Assembly (NCBI GenBank): GCA_963764165.1
Contig: CAVXRD010000002.1
Span: 2,176,001 to 2,240,000 of the forward strand
Reading direction: 5' to 3'
Source: an uncultured Verrucomicrobiae bacterium
GTDB lineage: Bacteria; Verrucomicrobiota; Verrucomicrobiia; Limisphaerales; Palsa-1400
Length of the DNA: 64,000 bases
Part shown: positions 9,878 through 19,233 of the stretch, in pieces
How positions within the stretch are numbered: position 1 is the stretch's first letter
How the letters are laid out: the number at the start of each line of letters is the position of its first letter
The notes under the pieces: generated by a model
The model's input: the letters and a program-made list of their open reading frames with translations, nothing else
Told to the model about the DNA's origin: nothing
Databases searched by the model: none
Position numbers and translations under genes: made by a program

Positions 9878-9903
9878 TCGCTTCGCGATTAAATCAGACG
9901 CTT

Positions 9904-11235
9904 GTGCCGCTCGCCTTTCAGATTGGGATAGCCTTCGTGGCGGGCTTGATTGTGGGCTGGCTGTTATTCTTGCTGCGCCGCCCTCCCGCTCCCGATGGCC
10001 GGCTGGAAGCGGAGCTGCGCCTGCTGGCGCAGTCGCGCGAGGATGAGCTTCGTTCCAATCGCGAACAACTCGGCAAGGCGAATTCGGAATTGGCGGTGGC
10101 GACCCGCCTTTTGGAGGAAACCCGCGGCAACTACACAGAACAATTGCGGCTGGCAAGGGAGGCGCAGGAACGGGCGCTGATGGATTTGCGCGAAACTTTC
10201 AAGGCCTTGAGCGCGGATGCGTTGAGACAAAGCGCGCCGCAATTTCTGCAACTCGCGAACGAAAGCCTCGCGAAATTTCACGCCACCGCCAAAGGCGATC
10301 TTGAGACGCGCCAGCAAGCCATCGCCACGCTGGTGCAGCCGCTCAAGGAGCAACTGGAGAATTACCAGCGCCGCCTCCAGCAGAGCGAGTCGACCCAGTC
10401 CAGCGCGCTCGGGGAAGTGAAGAAGCAATTGGAGGGATTGGCGCTGCACAGCCAGGCGCTATCAAGCGAAACGTTGCAGCTGCGCCGGGTGCTGAGCAGC
10501 AACCAGGCCCGCGGACGGTGGGGCGAGGAGACATTGCGCCGGGTCGTCGAAGCCTCCGGCATGAGTCCGCACTGCGACTTCAGCGAGCAGGCCCAATCCG
10601 AGGACAAAAAGCCCGATCTGCTGGTGCATCTGCCGGGCGACCGGGTCATTATTGTTGACGCAAAAGTTCCCGACCTCGATTTCCTGCAAGCGCTGGACGC
10701 GGCCGATTCCGCCATGCGCGCCCAGGCTTTGACGCTTCATGCGAACAAGTTGAAAGAGACGATCAAGGATCTGGCGAAGAAGAATTATCCCGGCCAATTC
10801 CAGGGCGCGCTGGATTACGTCGTTCTCTTTCTTCCCGCCGAATCGCTCTTCAGCGCGGCGCTGGAGGCGGACCGGGAGTTGATCGTGTGGGCGGCTGAAA
10901 AGCAGATCATGCTGGCCACGCCTGCTTCGCTCATTGGTTTGCTGCGGGCCGTCAGCATTAGCTGGCAACAGCATTCTCAAACGCAAAATGCCAAGGAAAT
11001 CAACGAGGCCGCCATCGAATTATTCAATCGCGTTGCGACTTTCACATCGCATTTGGAGAAAATCCGCGACGGGTTGGAAAAAGCCAGTTCGGCCTACAAC
11101 GCCGCGCTCGGCAGCTATGAGCGCATGGTGCGGCCCAGTGGCGAGAAGCTTGTCAAACTCGGAGGCAGCTCTGCTTCCAAAGATCTCGCCCACATTGAGC
11201 CACTGCAGGAAACTTTGCGGATACCGTTGCCGTAA
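9904..11235 (+). CDS. rmuC: DNA recombination protein RmuC
   Basis: N-terminal TM, coiled coil, RGRWGE, KPDLLVHLP, VDAKVP, LFLPAES, ATPASL. Start set at the GTG after the REPIN. Confidence 0.9.
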   Translation: MPLAFQIGIAFVAGLIVGWLLFLLRRPPAPDGRLEAELRLLAQSREDELRSNREQLGKANSELAVATRLLEETRGNYTEQLRLAREAQERALMDLRETFKALSADALRQSAPQFLQLANESLAKFHATAKGDLETRQQAIATLVQPLKEQLENYQRRLQQSESTQSSALGEVKKQLEGLALHSQALSSETLQLRRVLSSNQARGRWGEETLRRVVEASGMSPHCDFSEQAQSEDKKPDLLVHLPGDRVIIVDAKVPDLDFLQALDAADSAMRAQALTLHANKLKETIKDLAKKNYPGQFQGALDYVVLFLPAESLFSAALEADRELIVWAAEKQIMLATPASLIGLLRAVSISWQQHSQTQNAKEINEAAIELFNRVATFTSHLEKIRDGLEKASSAYNAALGSYERMVRPSGEKLVKLGGSSASKDLAHIEPLQETLRIPLP

Positions 11236-11293
11236 GCACCCGATCCTTGGCGAATTGTGGCAGGGCGAGGCTGCCAATGAAGAGTCTTGTGAA

Positions 11294-11391
11294 GGTAGCC
11301 TCGCCGAGGCGTCCGGGTGAGACGTCGTTGAACGGTGCGGCCCACAAAAACTTTCACGCGCAACCGGACGCCTCGGCGAGGCGTCCCTGCC
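11294..11391. repeat. REPIN family A (left arm partly deleted)
   Basis: GGTAG-CCTCGCCGAGGCGTCCGG...TCACGCGCAACCGGACGCCTCGGCGAGGCGTCCCTGCC. Confidence 0.85.
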
Positions 11392-11436
11392 ACCAAAGGC
11401 GAAATTTGTTCGTCGGAACTTCTCACCAACTTTGAT

Positions 11437-11558
11437 GGTCAGGGCCTCCCGCCGAGCCGTTCCCATTATTCCCATCTGTCCCATTACTCCCATTCTCATG
11501 CGAGGAATGAGAAAATGGGAGTAATGGGAACGGCTAGGCGGGAGCCTCGGCCCTTGCC
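11437..11558. repeat. REPIN with inner TCCCAT/ATGGGA 9-bp-period repeats
   Basis: CTCCCGCCGAGCCGTTCCCATTATTCCCATCTGTCCCATTACTCCCAT...ATGGGAGTAATGGGAACGGCTAGGCGGGAGCC. Confidence 0.75.
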
Positions 11559-11566
11559 CGCCCGCC

Positions 11567-12457
11567 CTACTTCTTATTTTCCTTCAGAAACAACTCAACC
11601 TGTTTATAGAAAAACTCCGGCTCGTCGAGCTGGATGAAGTGCATTGCCGTCGGCGAGAAAACAAGTTTGTGGTGCGGCACCGTGGAAATCTGCGATTCGT
11701 AAGACTCGCGGACTTTCGCCTTGGCGTCGTCATCCGCCGCGCCCGAATAGGAGCCGATGAGCAGGACGGGCGGCTCAATTTTTTTCAGGTTCGGGCGGAG
11801 ATCCGTCGTAAAAAGATCGTAAAACGCCTGTCCAACTGCCTTCGGATTTGATTTGTCCCCGAGCGAAGCCACGGTCTCAAGATTGGTCTTGTTAGCCATC
11901 ATCATGCCGAGAAACAGGTGGTTATTCTTCACAAAATCCTCGGTCGAAAGATTGGCGTACATGCCGCGCAACATTTCAGCTTGGGATTTCGCGGTCGCCT
12001 CCGTGGTGGCGGGGTCGCGCAGCGCGGAGAAAAATGGAAGCCCGTCGACGGCGATGAGCGGGCCGAGATCCTTCGAATCCGTCTCGCCAAGCCAGAACGC
12101 CATCATGCCGCCGAGGCTGTGGCCAATGACGACTGGGTGGTCCAATTTCTCGTCATGAATATACTTGATGATTCCGTCGCGAACTTTGTCAAGAAACGGG
12201 CCGTCGATGGGCGGCTGCCCGGCGAAACCCGCCAGCGTTAGAACGTGAATTTGGTATTGCCCCTTGAAATGCGCCACCGTCCCATCCCAAACATTGCCGC
12301 CGCAGGCCAGGCCGGGAATCAGAATCATGGGCGGGCCGGAACCGGTGACCACGGCCTTGAACGGCGCAGCGTCGGCCGCCATGATGTTTGCGGTTTGGAG
12401 GAGCCAGCCAGCGGCTGCCAGCGAGGCAGCAATGAAAATTCGGATTTGTTTTTTCAT
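11567..12457 (-). CDS. Secreted alpha/beta hydrolase
   Basis: Signal peptide; LIPGL; GHSLGG nucleophile elbow; C-terminal HF. Confidence 0.9.
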   Translation of the reverse strand: MKKQIRIFIAASLAAAGWLLQTANIMAADAAPFKAVVTGSGPPMILIPGLACGGNVWDGTVAHFKGQYQIHVLTLAGFAGQPPIDGPFLDKVRDGIIKYIHDEKLDHPVVIGHSLGGMMAFWLGETDSKDLGPLIAVDGLPFFSALRDPATTEATAKSQAEMLRGMYANLSTEDFVKNNHLFLGMMMANKTNLETVASLGDKSNPKAVGQAFYDLFTTDLRPNLKKIEPPVLLIGSYSGAADDDAKAKVRESYESQISTVPHHKLVFSPTAMHFIQLDEPEFFYKQVELFLKENKK

Positions 12458-12506
12458 AAATTGGAGCAGGGCCTATCGGATGGAGGCGCTTTATGCCTCA
12501 CGCCGC

Positions 12507-12833
12507 TTATGGTGGCGGCTCCGACGGGCTTTTGTCGAACTGAAAGACGCAGCACCCGAGGTCGAGCTGCTTTGTGGCTGAGCCAGCCTGTTTTTCAAAG
12601 GCCGGGACAATCTGGCAGCGAACGTTTTTGCCGCGCCGCTCGGTCAAGACGATTCCTGCCTGGCGCAGAATGCGGAGATGTTTGGAAATGTTATATTGCG
12701 TGGCCTTCAATCGATGCGCCAAATCGCTGACCGTCGCGGGCCCCGAGAGCAATTCCCGCACAATGGCCCACCGAGTGTCGTCCGCCAACGCCCTCAACAT
12801 CGGCGCGCAGCAGTCTGGTTCAGGTGGAATCAC
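12507..12833 (-). CDS. ArsR/SmtB-family transcriptional regulator
   Basis: LRALADDTRWAIV, ISKHLRILRQAGIV; Cys pairs near both termini. Confidence 0.85.
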   Translation of the reverse strand: MIPPEPDCCAPMLRALADDTRWAIVRELLSGPATVSDLAHRLKATQYNISKHLRILRQAGIVLTERRGKNVRCQIVPAFEKQAGSATKQLDLGCCVFQFDKSPSEPPP

Positions 12834-12927
12834 GGCGAGACAATGATACAGCGCTTTGCAAAAAAGAAAATGGTTTTAGGACGCCGCGGGGCGCGATGAG
12901 AAAAAGGGTGAACAGGGCGCGAAGCGA

Positions 12928-12958
12928 GGTAGGGACGCCTCGGCGAGGCGCCCCTGCC
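12928..12958. repeat. Collapsed single-hairpin form of REPIN family A
   Basis: GGTAGGGACGCCTCGGCGAGGCGCCCCTGCC, 31 bp; twin at 39068-39098. Confidence 0.8.
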
Positions 12959-13023
12959 TTTCCTGCCCTTTTTTGGCCACCCATATTGAATGGCAAAAAC
13001 AATTCATTTGCATAAATTGAGGC

Positions 13024-14280
13024 ATGGAAATCTACGATCACCCCACATTTCGGATGGCCTGTCATCAGTTCGACCTGGTGGCTGATTACTGGCAGATTCC
13101 GGACAACGAGCGCGCCCGCCTGAAATTTCCCAAACGCTCCATGACCGTCGCGCTGCCCATTCACATGGATGACGGTTCGATCAAAGTCTTCACCGGCCAT
13201 CGCGTGCAGCACCATTTGACGCTCGGCCCCACCAAGGGCGGCTTGCGCTACCATCCCGATGTCGCCCTCGGCGAAGTCGCCGCGCTGGCGATGTGGATGA
13301 GCTGGAAATGCGCGCTGGCGGGGTTGCCATACGGCGGCGCCAAGGGCGGCATCGCCTGCAATCCGTCCAAGCTTTCGATTACCGAACTCGAGCGCCTCAC
13401 CCGCCGTTACACGCAGGAAATGATTCCGTTCATCGGCGAAAAGGTGGACGTGATGGCGCCGGACATGGGCACCAACGAACAAACGATGGCGTGGATGATG
13501 GACACCTATTCCGTTCACACGGGTTACACCGTGCCAGGCATTGTCACCGGCAAACCCGTCAGCATGGGCGGCTCGCTGGGACGCCGCGAATCAACCGGGC
13601 GCGGCGTCGGCTACCTGATTAACCGCGCCATGGACACCATCGGACTGGACCCGGGCCAGAGCAGGGCGGTGGTGCAGGGATTCGGCAACGTCGGCTCCGT
13701 CGCGGCTTTTTCGCTGGCGAAATTTGGCGTCAAAGTCGTCGGCGTGAGCGACGTCAGCGGCGGCCTTTACAACGCCCGCGGAATCGATCTCGTGAAATTG
13801 GAGAAGCACATCGCCGAACACCGAACAATGGCCGGTTTCACCGAAGCCGAGCCCATCTCCAACTCTTATTTGCTCGAGCTTCCCTGCGAAATCCTCGTTC
13901 CGGCGGCGATGGAACGGCAAATCACCGAAACCAACGCCGCCAACATCAAATGCCGCATCCTCGCCGAAGCCGCCAACGGCCCGGTGACGCCCGAAGCCGA
14001 CGCCATCCTAGACCAGCGTCCCGAGATTTTTGTGATCCCGGACATTCTTTGCAACGCCGGCGGCGTGATCGTGTCCTATTTCGAATGGGTGCAGGATTTG
14101 CAGAGCTTCTTTTGGACGGAAACCGAAGTGATGGACAAGTTATTCCGAATCCTCGAAGGCGCTTTCGTGCAGGTGCTCAACCTAAGCCGCAAGCAGAAGG
14201 TAAGCATGCGCATGGCGGCGTTAGGAGTGGGCGTCAAGCGCGTGCAGGACGGGAAGCGGATTCGCGGATTGTTTCCGTAG
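13024..14280 (+). CDS. gdhA: Glu/Leu/Phe/Val dehydrogenase (glutamate dehydrogenase)
   Basis: GPTKGGLRY, LPYGGAKGG, APDMGT, VTGKP, QGFGNVG, NAGGVIVSYFEWVQ. Confidence 0.9.
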   Translation: MEIYDHPTFRMACHQFDLVADYWQIPDNERARLKFPKRSMTVALPIHMDDGSIKVFTGHRVQHHLTLGPTKGGLRYHPDVALGEVAALAMWMSWKCALAGLPYGGAKGGIACNPSKLSITELERLTRRYTQEMIPFIGEKVDVMAPDMGTNEQTMAWMMDTYSVHTGYTVPGIVTGKPVSMGGSLGRRESTGRGVGYLINRAMDTIGLDPGQSRAVVQGFGNVGSVAAFSLAKFGVKVVGVSDVSGGLYNARGIDLVKLEKHIAEHRTMAGFTEAEPISNSYLLELPCEILVPAAMERQITETNAANIKCRILAEAANGPVTPEADAILDQRPEIFVIPDILCNAGGVIVSYFEWVQDLQSFFWTETEVMDKLFRILEGAFVQVLNLSRKQKVSMRMAALGVGVKRVQDGKRIRGLFP

Positions 14281-14599
14281 CGCATTGTCACCTGAGAAGA
14301 TGTGATTATCTTGATCTCCTGCCAAGCTGTGCAAGGGGATTCCGCCTCGGGATGGGTTGCGCGCGGGTTTAGAGTTGGGCTTTTTGCATCTTGGCATTAA
14401 TGCCCCCTCCTCTGGTCATTGAGAACTAGTTAGAGACCAGTCTAAACATTATTTGCGTTGCAGTCAAGGACAGCCTATTTGCCTCACAATGATTTTCCAT
14501 CTCCGCGCCCTCGGTCTTCCCCCTGTTCAATTTTTATTTTGCCCAACCCCATGACGTTCTTGCCAAAACAGTCAAACAACCGTAGGTTGCGAATCCCTT

Positions 14600-15532
14600 A
14601 TGGAAAAAGTCGTGATTGTGGGCACGGGATGCGCTGGTTTGACGGCGGCGATTTATGCGGCGCGCTCGAATCTCTCTCCCATCGTTGCCACCGGGTTGAT
14701 GCCCGGCGGCCTCTTGACCACCACCAGCACCGTTGAAAATTACCCGGGCTTCCCGGAAGGCGTCGACGGGTATGAGTTGATGACGCGGATGCAGAAACAG
14801 GCCGAGCGTTTCGGCGCGCGGGTCAAGACGATGCAGGTCGTGGAAGCGGTCGATCTTTCTACCCGCCCGTTTGTCGTGACCATTGATGGCGAAAAAGTGG
14901 AGACGCAGACGCTCATCATCGCGACGGGGGCCAGCCATCGGCATTTGGGATTGGAAGGCGAACGGCTTTTGGAAAAAAAGGGTGTCACCTTTTGCGCGAC
15001 TTGTGATGGCGCGTGGCCCATGTTCCGCAACCAGACATTGGTCGTGGTGGGCGGCGGCGATTCCGCCTGTGAGGAGGCGTTATATTTGACACGATTTGCT
15101 TCGGAAGTGCGGCTGATTCATCGGCGGGATGAATTGCGGGCCTCCAAGATCATGGCCCAGCGCGTTCACGAGAACAAAAAGATCAAGCCTGTTTGGGACT
15201 CGGTCGTTACGGAAATCATGGATCCGGCGTTGGACAAGGTGACGGAGGTTCGCCTGCGCAATATCAAAACAAATGTCGAAAGCGTGCTTCCCTGCGCCGG
15301 AGTTTTTGTGGCGGTCGGGCATGTGCCGAACACGCAGCTTTTCAAAGGCGTCATCGATATGGACGAAAACGGCTACATCATCCCGCGCAAGGGAACAGCG
15401 ACGAATATTCCCGGCGTTTTCGTGGCCGGCGACTGTGCTGATCACGTTTACCGCCAAGCCATCACCGCCGCCGGTTCAGGCTGCGCCGCCGCGATTGATG
15501 CGGAGCGTTTCCTCGCCGCGCAAGGCACCTGA
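14600..15532 (+). CDS. trxB: Thioredoxin-disulfide reductase
   Basis: GTGCAGLTAAIY, VENYPGF, CATCD, GGGDSA, VAGDCADHVYRQAITAAG. Confidence 0.95.
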   Translation: MEKVVIVGTGCAGLTAAIYAARSNLSPIVATGLMPGGLLTTTSTVENYPGFPEGVDGYELMTRMQKQAERFGARVKTMQVVEAVDLSTRPFVVTIDGEKVETQTLIIATGASHRHLGLEGERLLEKKGVTFCATCDGAWPMFRNQTLVVVGGGDSACEEALYLTRFASEVRLIHRRDELRASKIMAQRVHENKKIKPVWDSVVTEIMDPALDKVTEVRLRNIKTNVESVLPCAGVFVAVGHVPNTQLFKGVIDMDENGYIIPRKGTATNIPGVFVAGDCADHVYRQAITAAGSGCAAAIDAERFLAAQGT

Positions 15533-15555
15533 TCTTAAAGGTAGGGACGCCTCGC

Positions 15556-17239
15556 GGAGACTGTCTCAAAACGTTTTAGTCTGGCCGATCTGGTTATATG
15601 GGCACCAATAGGGGCTGTGGAAACGGGTGTCAACTTTTAGTTGTCAGAGCGTGGCTGGCGTCAGCGATGACGCCAAGCTTCCCTTTCCCTCCTTTTTTAG
15701 GCCGCCATCGCCAAATTTCCTTCAACCGCGGCGGTTTTGACTTCCATTTTCGGCGTCTGGACCCGGGCCTGCCACTTTTTATAGAGGATTCGCAGGTTCA
15801 AGGTGGCGCATAACAAGGCCCATTGGGCTTGCACGGCTTCCAGACCCCAAACTGTCCAACGCCGAAAGCCGTCGTGTTGCTTGAGCTGCCCAAACCGGCG
15901 TTCGATGATCTCTTTGCGCTTTCCATAAAGCGCGGCGGGTCCTGGCTCTTGCAGCCGGGCCCGCATGGCTTGCACCAGCGTGGTGTGCGGCCACACTTCG
16001 ACTTGCCGCCCTTTGGGATCGCGGCTGCAGAGGGCGCGCACGGGACAGTCTCGGTGATGGCAGCGGAAGCGCTCAACGGTCTGGCCTTTCTTGGTGGTCT
16101 GGCCTTCGTGGTCCAGAAGGCGCTCTTGCGGGCAGGTGACGGTGTGGGCCGCCTCGTCATAATGAAAATGCTGCGTCGCGTAGGCGTTGTCGTGGGCTGG
16201 CTTGCCCTCCGCCGGCGGGGCCAGCACATTCATCTGCTGTTCCACGGCCGCTTTCAAGTCGGCCCCGCCCCCATAGCCGGCGTCGGCGGCGGTGAGGGTT
16301 GGAATGGCCGCCGGACCGAGGTTTTGCCTCGCTTCTTCAATCATGGGGACCAGCTGGCCGGCGTCGGTTTCCTGGCGGGTGGCTTGACAGGCGACCATGA
16401 TGCCCTCCTGGCTGTCGGCCACCGCCTGGGCGTTGTAGGCAAAGCGGTTGGTGTCGCCGACTTTCATCCGGCGCGCCTCCGGTTCGGCTGGATGGTAATG
16501 GTGGCGCCCGTCGGCCTGCAGCTGGGCCAGGCCTTTTTTGATTTCCTCGCGCAGGGCCTGGCGCTGGGCCAACCCGGCGGGCAGCCGGCAGCCCGGTGCG
16601 CTGGAATCCTGGTTCTCCGCCACGACTTTGAGCTCGATTTCCTCCAAGGCGCCATCCAGCTGGGCCAGGAGCTTCTCCATGTAAACCTTGCTCCAGCCCT
16701 GCGGCCCGCTGCAGGCGGCTTGAATCTTGGTGCCGTCCAACGCTTGCAAGGCAAATCCCACCGCCCCGGTGCGGAGGGCCAGCTGCACGGTTTGCTTGAA
16801 AACCTGGCGCAGGGCCTTTTTGTTTCCGTCCCAGAACCGCCAGAGGCTGTTGTGGTCGGGGGCGTTGAGCCCCGTCAGCCACAGCAGCGAGACATGCTCC
16901 GTGCAGGCGGTTTCCAGCTTGCGGGTGGAGCGAATGCGGTGGAAATAACCGTAAAGCCAAATCTTGAGCCGGAGGCTGGGGGCATAGGGCGGACGGCCTT
17001 CGGCGGCGGCGGGAATGACAAACCCAAGCTGGGGCAGATCCAACTGGTCGACAAATTCGCGCAGGAAGCGGGCGGGATGGTCGGCGGACACCCAGTCCTC
17101 CAGGGCGGGCGGGAGGAGGAACTGCTGTCCGTAATCAGGGGCAATCGGTTGAGCCATATTTGTTGAACGGCATTGTCAACTAAAGGCTCACATATTGTCA
17201 AATACATTCCTCAAAAAACAGAAGTTTTGAGACAATCTC
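15556..17239 (-). mobile_element. IS1182-family insertion sequence, copy 1 (~1.68 kb)
   Basis: Terminal IRs GAGACTGTCTCAAAAC / GTTTTGAGACAATCTC; flanking CGC duplication; near-identical to 46016-47699. Confidence 0.92.
15697..17157 (-). CDS. tnp: IS1182-family DDE transposase (486 aa)
   Basis: QQFLLPP.LEDWV..DHPAR, GRPPY.P, LDGTKI.A, YNAQ, ADAGY, RKEIIERRFGQLK. Confidence 0.92.
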   Translation of the reverse strand: MAQPIAPDYGQQFLLPPALEDWVSADHPARFLREFVDQLDLPQLGFVIPAAAEGRPPYAPSLRLKIWLYGYFHRIRSTRKLETACTEHVSLLWLTGLNAPDHNSLWRFWDGNKKALRQVFKQTVQLALRTGAVGFALQALDGTKIQAACSGPQGWSKVYMEKLLAQLDGALEEIELKVVAENQDSSAPGCRLPAGLAQRQALREEIKKGLAQLQADGRHHYHPAEPEARRMKVGDTNRFAYNAQAVADSQEGIMVACQATRQETDAGQLVPMIEEARQNLGPAAIPTLTAADAGYGGGADLKAAVEQQMNVLAPPAEGKPAHDNAYATQHFHYDEAAHTVTCPQERLLDHEGQTTKKGQTVERFRCHHRDCPVRALCSRDPKGRQVEVWPHTTLVQAMRARLQEPGPAALYGKRKEIIERRFGQLKQHDGFRRWTVWGLEAVQAQWALLCATLNLRILYKKWQARVQTPKMEVKTAAVEGNLAMAA

Positions 17240-17461
17240 CGCCGAGGCGTCCGGGGATGTGGAGGTTTGTGGACGCATAAATTCGCGCATAGATTCGCGA
17301 AAGACTTTTTATGCGGAGCTTTTAAGAAGAAAATCGCGCTGGGACCCTGCCACGGCCTCGGACGCCTCGGCGAGGCGTCCCCACCTTGATTAGTCGCTTC
17401 GCGATGGTTGAGCCGTGAATTCGCTTGCTACTCTTGCGATAATTTGCGAAGTCCTTTGGCG

Positions 17462-17902
17462 ATGAAAAAACCTGCAGCGTCGAAATCCGGTTCTCCTCGT
17501 GATTTGACGCTGGTTCGTCAAAAACTTTTGCGCCTCGCCCAGGGCGCGATGAAGAATGCCTACGCGCCTTACTCGAATTTCCACGTTGGGGCCGCGATCC
17601 AGCTTTCAGACGGACGCGTCTTCACCGGTTGCAATGTCGAAAATGCCTCCTACGGCCTGACCATTTGCGCTGAGCGAAACGCTGTCTTCGCTGCGGTGGC
17701 CGCCAGCAAAAAGAAAATTGAGATTATCGCGGTGGCTGTGCTGAATCACCGGAAAGCGCCTTGCTCGCCGTGCGGCGCGTGCCGCCAGGTTTTGGCGGAA
17801 TTCGGTCCAGAGGCGGTCGTCTGGTACTTGGGCGCGGATGGCATCAGCCAGCGCACGATGAGGGAATTGCTGGTCGACGGCTTTGTTTTACTTGACAGTT
17901 AA
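17462..17902 (+). CDS. cdd: Cytidine deaminase (homotetrameric type)
   Basis: AYAPYSNFHVGAA, GCNVENASYGLTICAER, PCGACRQ. Confidence 0.95.
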   Translation: MKKPAASKSGSPRDLTLVRQKLLRLAQGAMKNAYAPYSNFHVGAAIQLSDGRVFTGCNVENASYGLTICAERNAVFAAVAASKKKIEIIAVAVLNHRKAPCSPCGACRQVLAEFGPEAVVWYLGADGISQRTMRELLVDGFVLLDS

Positions 17903-19233
17903 TGCGACCTGTTGAGCTGATCCGCAAGAAGCGAGACGGCGGCGAACATTCCGCCGCGGAAATTTCGTCCCTCATTGAATCTTTCACCCGCGGCGATGTG
18001 CCGGATTACCAGATGTCCGCCTGGATGATGGCTGTTTTGTGGCGCGGCATGACCAGCGCCGAAACCGCGGCGCTGACCGGCGCGATGATGCGTTCCGGCA
18101 GCATCATGAATCTCGCCGAAATTCCCGGCCCGAAAGTCGACAAGCATTCCACCGGCGGTGTTGGTGACAAGACGTCGCTCATTCTCGCGCCCATTGCGGC
18201 CGCGGGCGGGCTGATCGTGCCGATGATCAGCGGACGCGGGCTTGGCCATACCGGCGGCACGCTTGATAAACTGGAAGCCATTCCGGGATTTTCAGTGAAC
18301 CTCAGCCCGGCGCAATTCATTCGCGCGCTGCAAGTGAACGGCTGCGCGCTGGCTGGCCAGACGGCGGAACTCGTCCCCGCTGACAAGCGCATGTATGCCT
18401 TGCGTGATGTCACATGCACGGTAGAAAGCCCGTCGCTCATTTGCGCGAGCATCATGAGCAAAAAGCTTGCGGAAGGAATCGACGCGCTTGTGCTGGATGT
18501 GAAGACCGGCTCGGGCGCCTTCATGAGGCGGCAGGAAGACGCCGAGCATCTCGCGCGAATGATGGTGGAAACCGGCGCGCACATGGGGAAAAAAATGGCC
18601 GCGCTCATCACTGATATGGACCAGCCGCTCGGCCGCGCGGTCGGCCATTCGCTTGAGATTGCGGAGTGCCTGGAAATTCTCGGCGGCGCCCGCGATCCAT
18701 TGAGCGAAGACTTGCGCACGCTGTCAATTGAACTTGCGGCCTGGATGTTTTGCCTCGGCGGGCTTGCGCCTGATGTCGAGCGCGGCCTGCAATTGGCGGA
18801 GGAGAAAATCTCCGATGGAAGCGCGTTGAAGAGATTTCATTCAATTTGCCAGGAACAGGGCGCAGCAAAGGCATTTCAATTGCCGAAGGCGAAATTCACC
18901 GCTGAATTCACGGCTGACTCGACGGGATTCATCACTCAAATTCAATGCGAAAAAGTTGGGATCACCAGCCTTGTGCTCGGCGGCGGGCGCAGCAAACAAG
19001 ACGACGTTATCGACCATGCCGTCGGACTTGAGATTCACAAAAAACTCGGCGACGCCGTGGGCGCGGGCGAGGCGATTGCGACGGTGCATTACAACAACCC
19101 TGCGCAGTTGCCCGAGGCGCTGCGCCTTTTGCGTGAGGCTTACAGCATTGGCCCGCAATCCCCGGCTGGCTCGCGCGTTCTCATCAAAAAAATCATCCAA
19201 GGAACCCCATGCAACAATTCACCGGCATTTTAG
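17902..19233 (+). CDS. pdp: Pyrimidine-nucleoside/thymidine phosphorylase
   Basis: VDKHSTGGVGDK, SGRGLGHTGGTLDKLE, SIMSKK, DVKTGSGAFM. Confidence 0.93.
   Translation: MRPVELIRKKRDGGEHSAAEISSLIESFTRGDVPDYQMSAWMMAVLWRGMTSAETAALTGAMMRSGSIMNLAEIPGPKVDKHSTGGVGDKTSLILAPIAAAGGLIVPMISGRGLGHTGGTLDKLEAIPGFSVNLSPAQFIRALQVNGCALAGQTAELVPADKRMYALRDVTCTVESPSLICASIMSKKLAEGIDALVLDVKTGSGAFMRRQEDAEHLARMMVETGAHMGKKMAALITDMDQPLGRAVGHSLEIAECLEILGGARDPLSEDLRTLSIELAAWMFCLGGLAPDVERGLQLAEEKISDGSALKRFHSICQEQGAAKAFQLPKAKFTAEFTADSTGFITQIQCEKVGITSLVLGGGRSKQDDVIDHAVGLEIHKKLGDAVGAGEAIATVHYNNPAQLPEALRLLREAYSIGPQSPAGSRVLIKKIIQGTPCNNSPAF

Larger units (their letters stand above)
15540..17385. repeat. REPIN family A interrupted by IS1182 copy 1
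   Basis: GGTAGGGACGCCTCGC | IS | CGCCGAGGCGTCCGG ... CGGACGCCTCGGCGAGGCGTCCCCACC. Confidence 0.85.

Noticed and set aside
9676..9903. N-terminal extension of RmuC in the ORF track (likewise prmC from 34885, miaB to 38763, tcdA to 55339, folE2 from 58356, tpsA to 25907, coaE to 61164)
   Set aside because: The extensions run through REP/repeat DNA or neighbouring genes; family-typical N-termini begin at downstream starts.
14281..14599. Small minus-strand ORF or ncRNA between gdhA and trxB
   Set aside because: There is a purine-rich RBS-like stretch and an imperfect palindrome (TTAGAGACCAGTCTAA), but no supportable product.
15823..17166. 447-aa antisense ORF in the IS (also 46089-47432) and many other long antisense ORFs
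   Set aside because: Shadow frames of high-GC coding sequence with no recognisable motifs.
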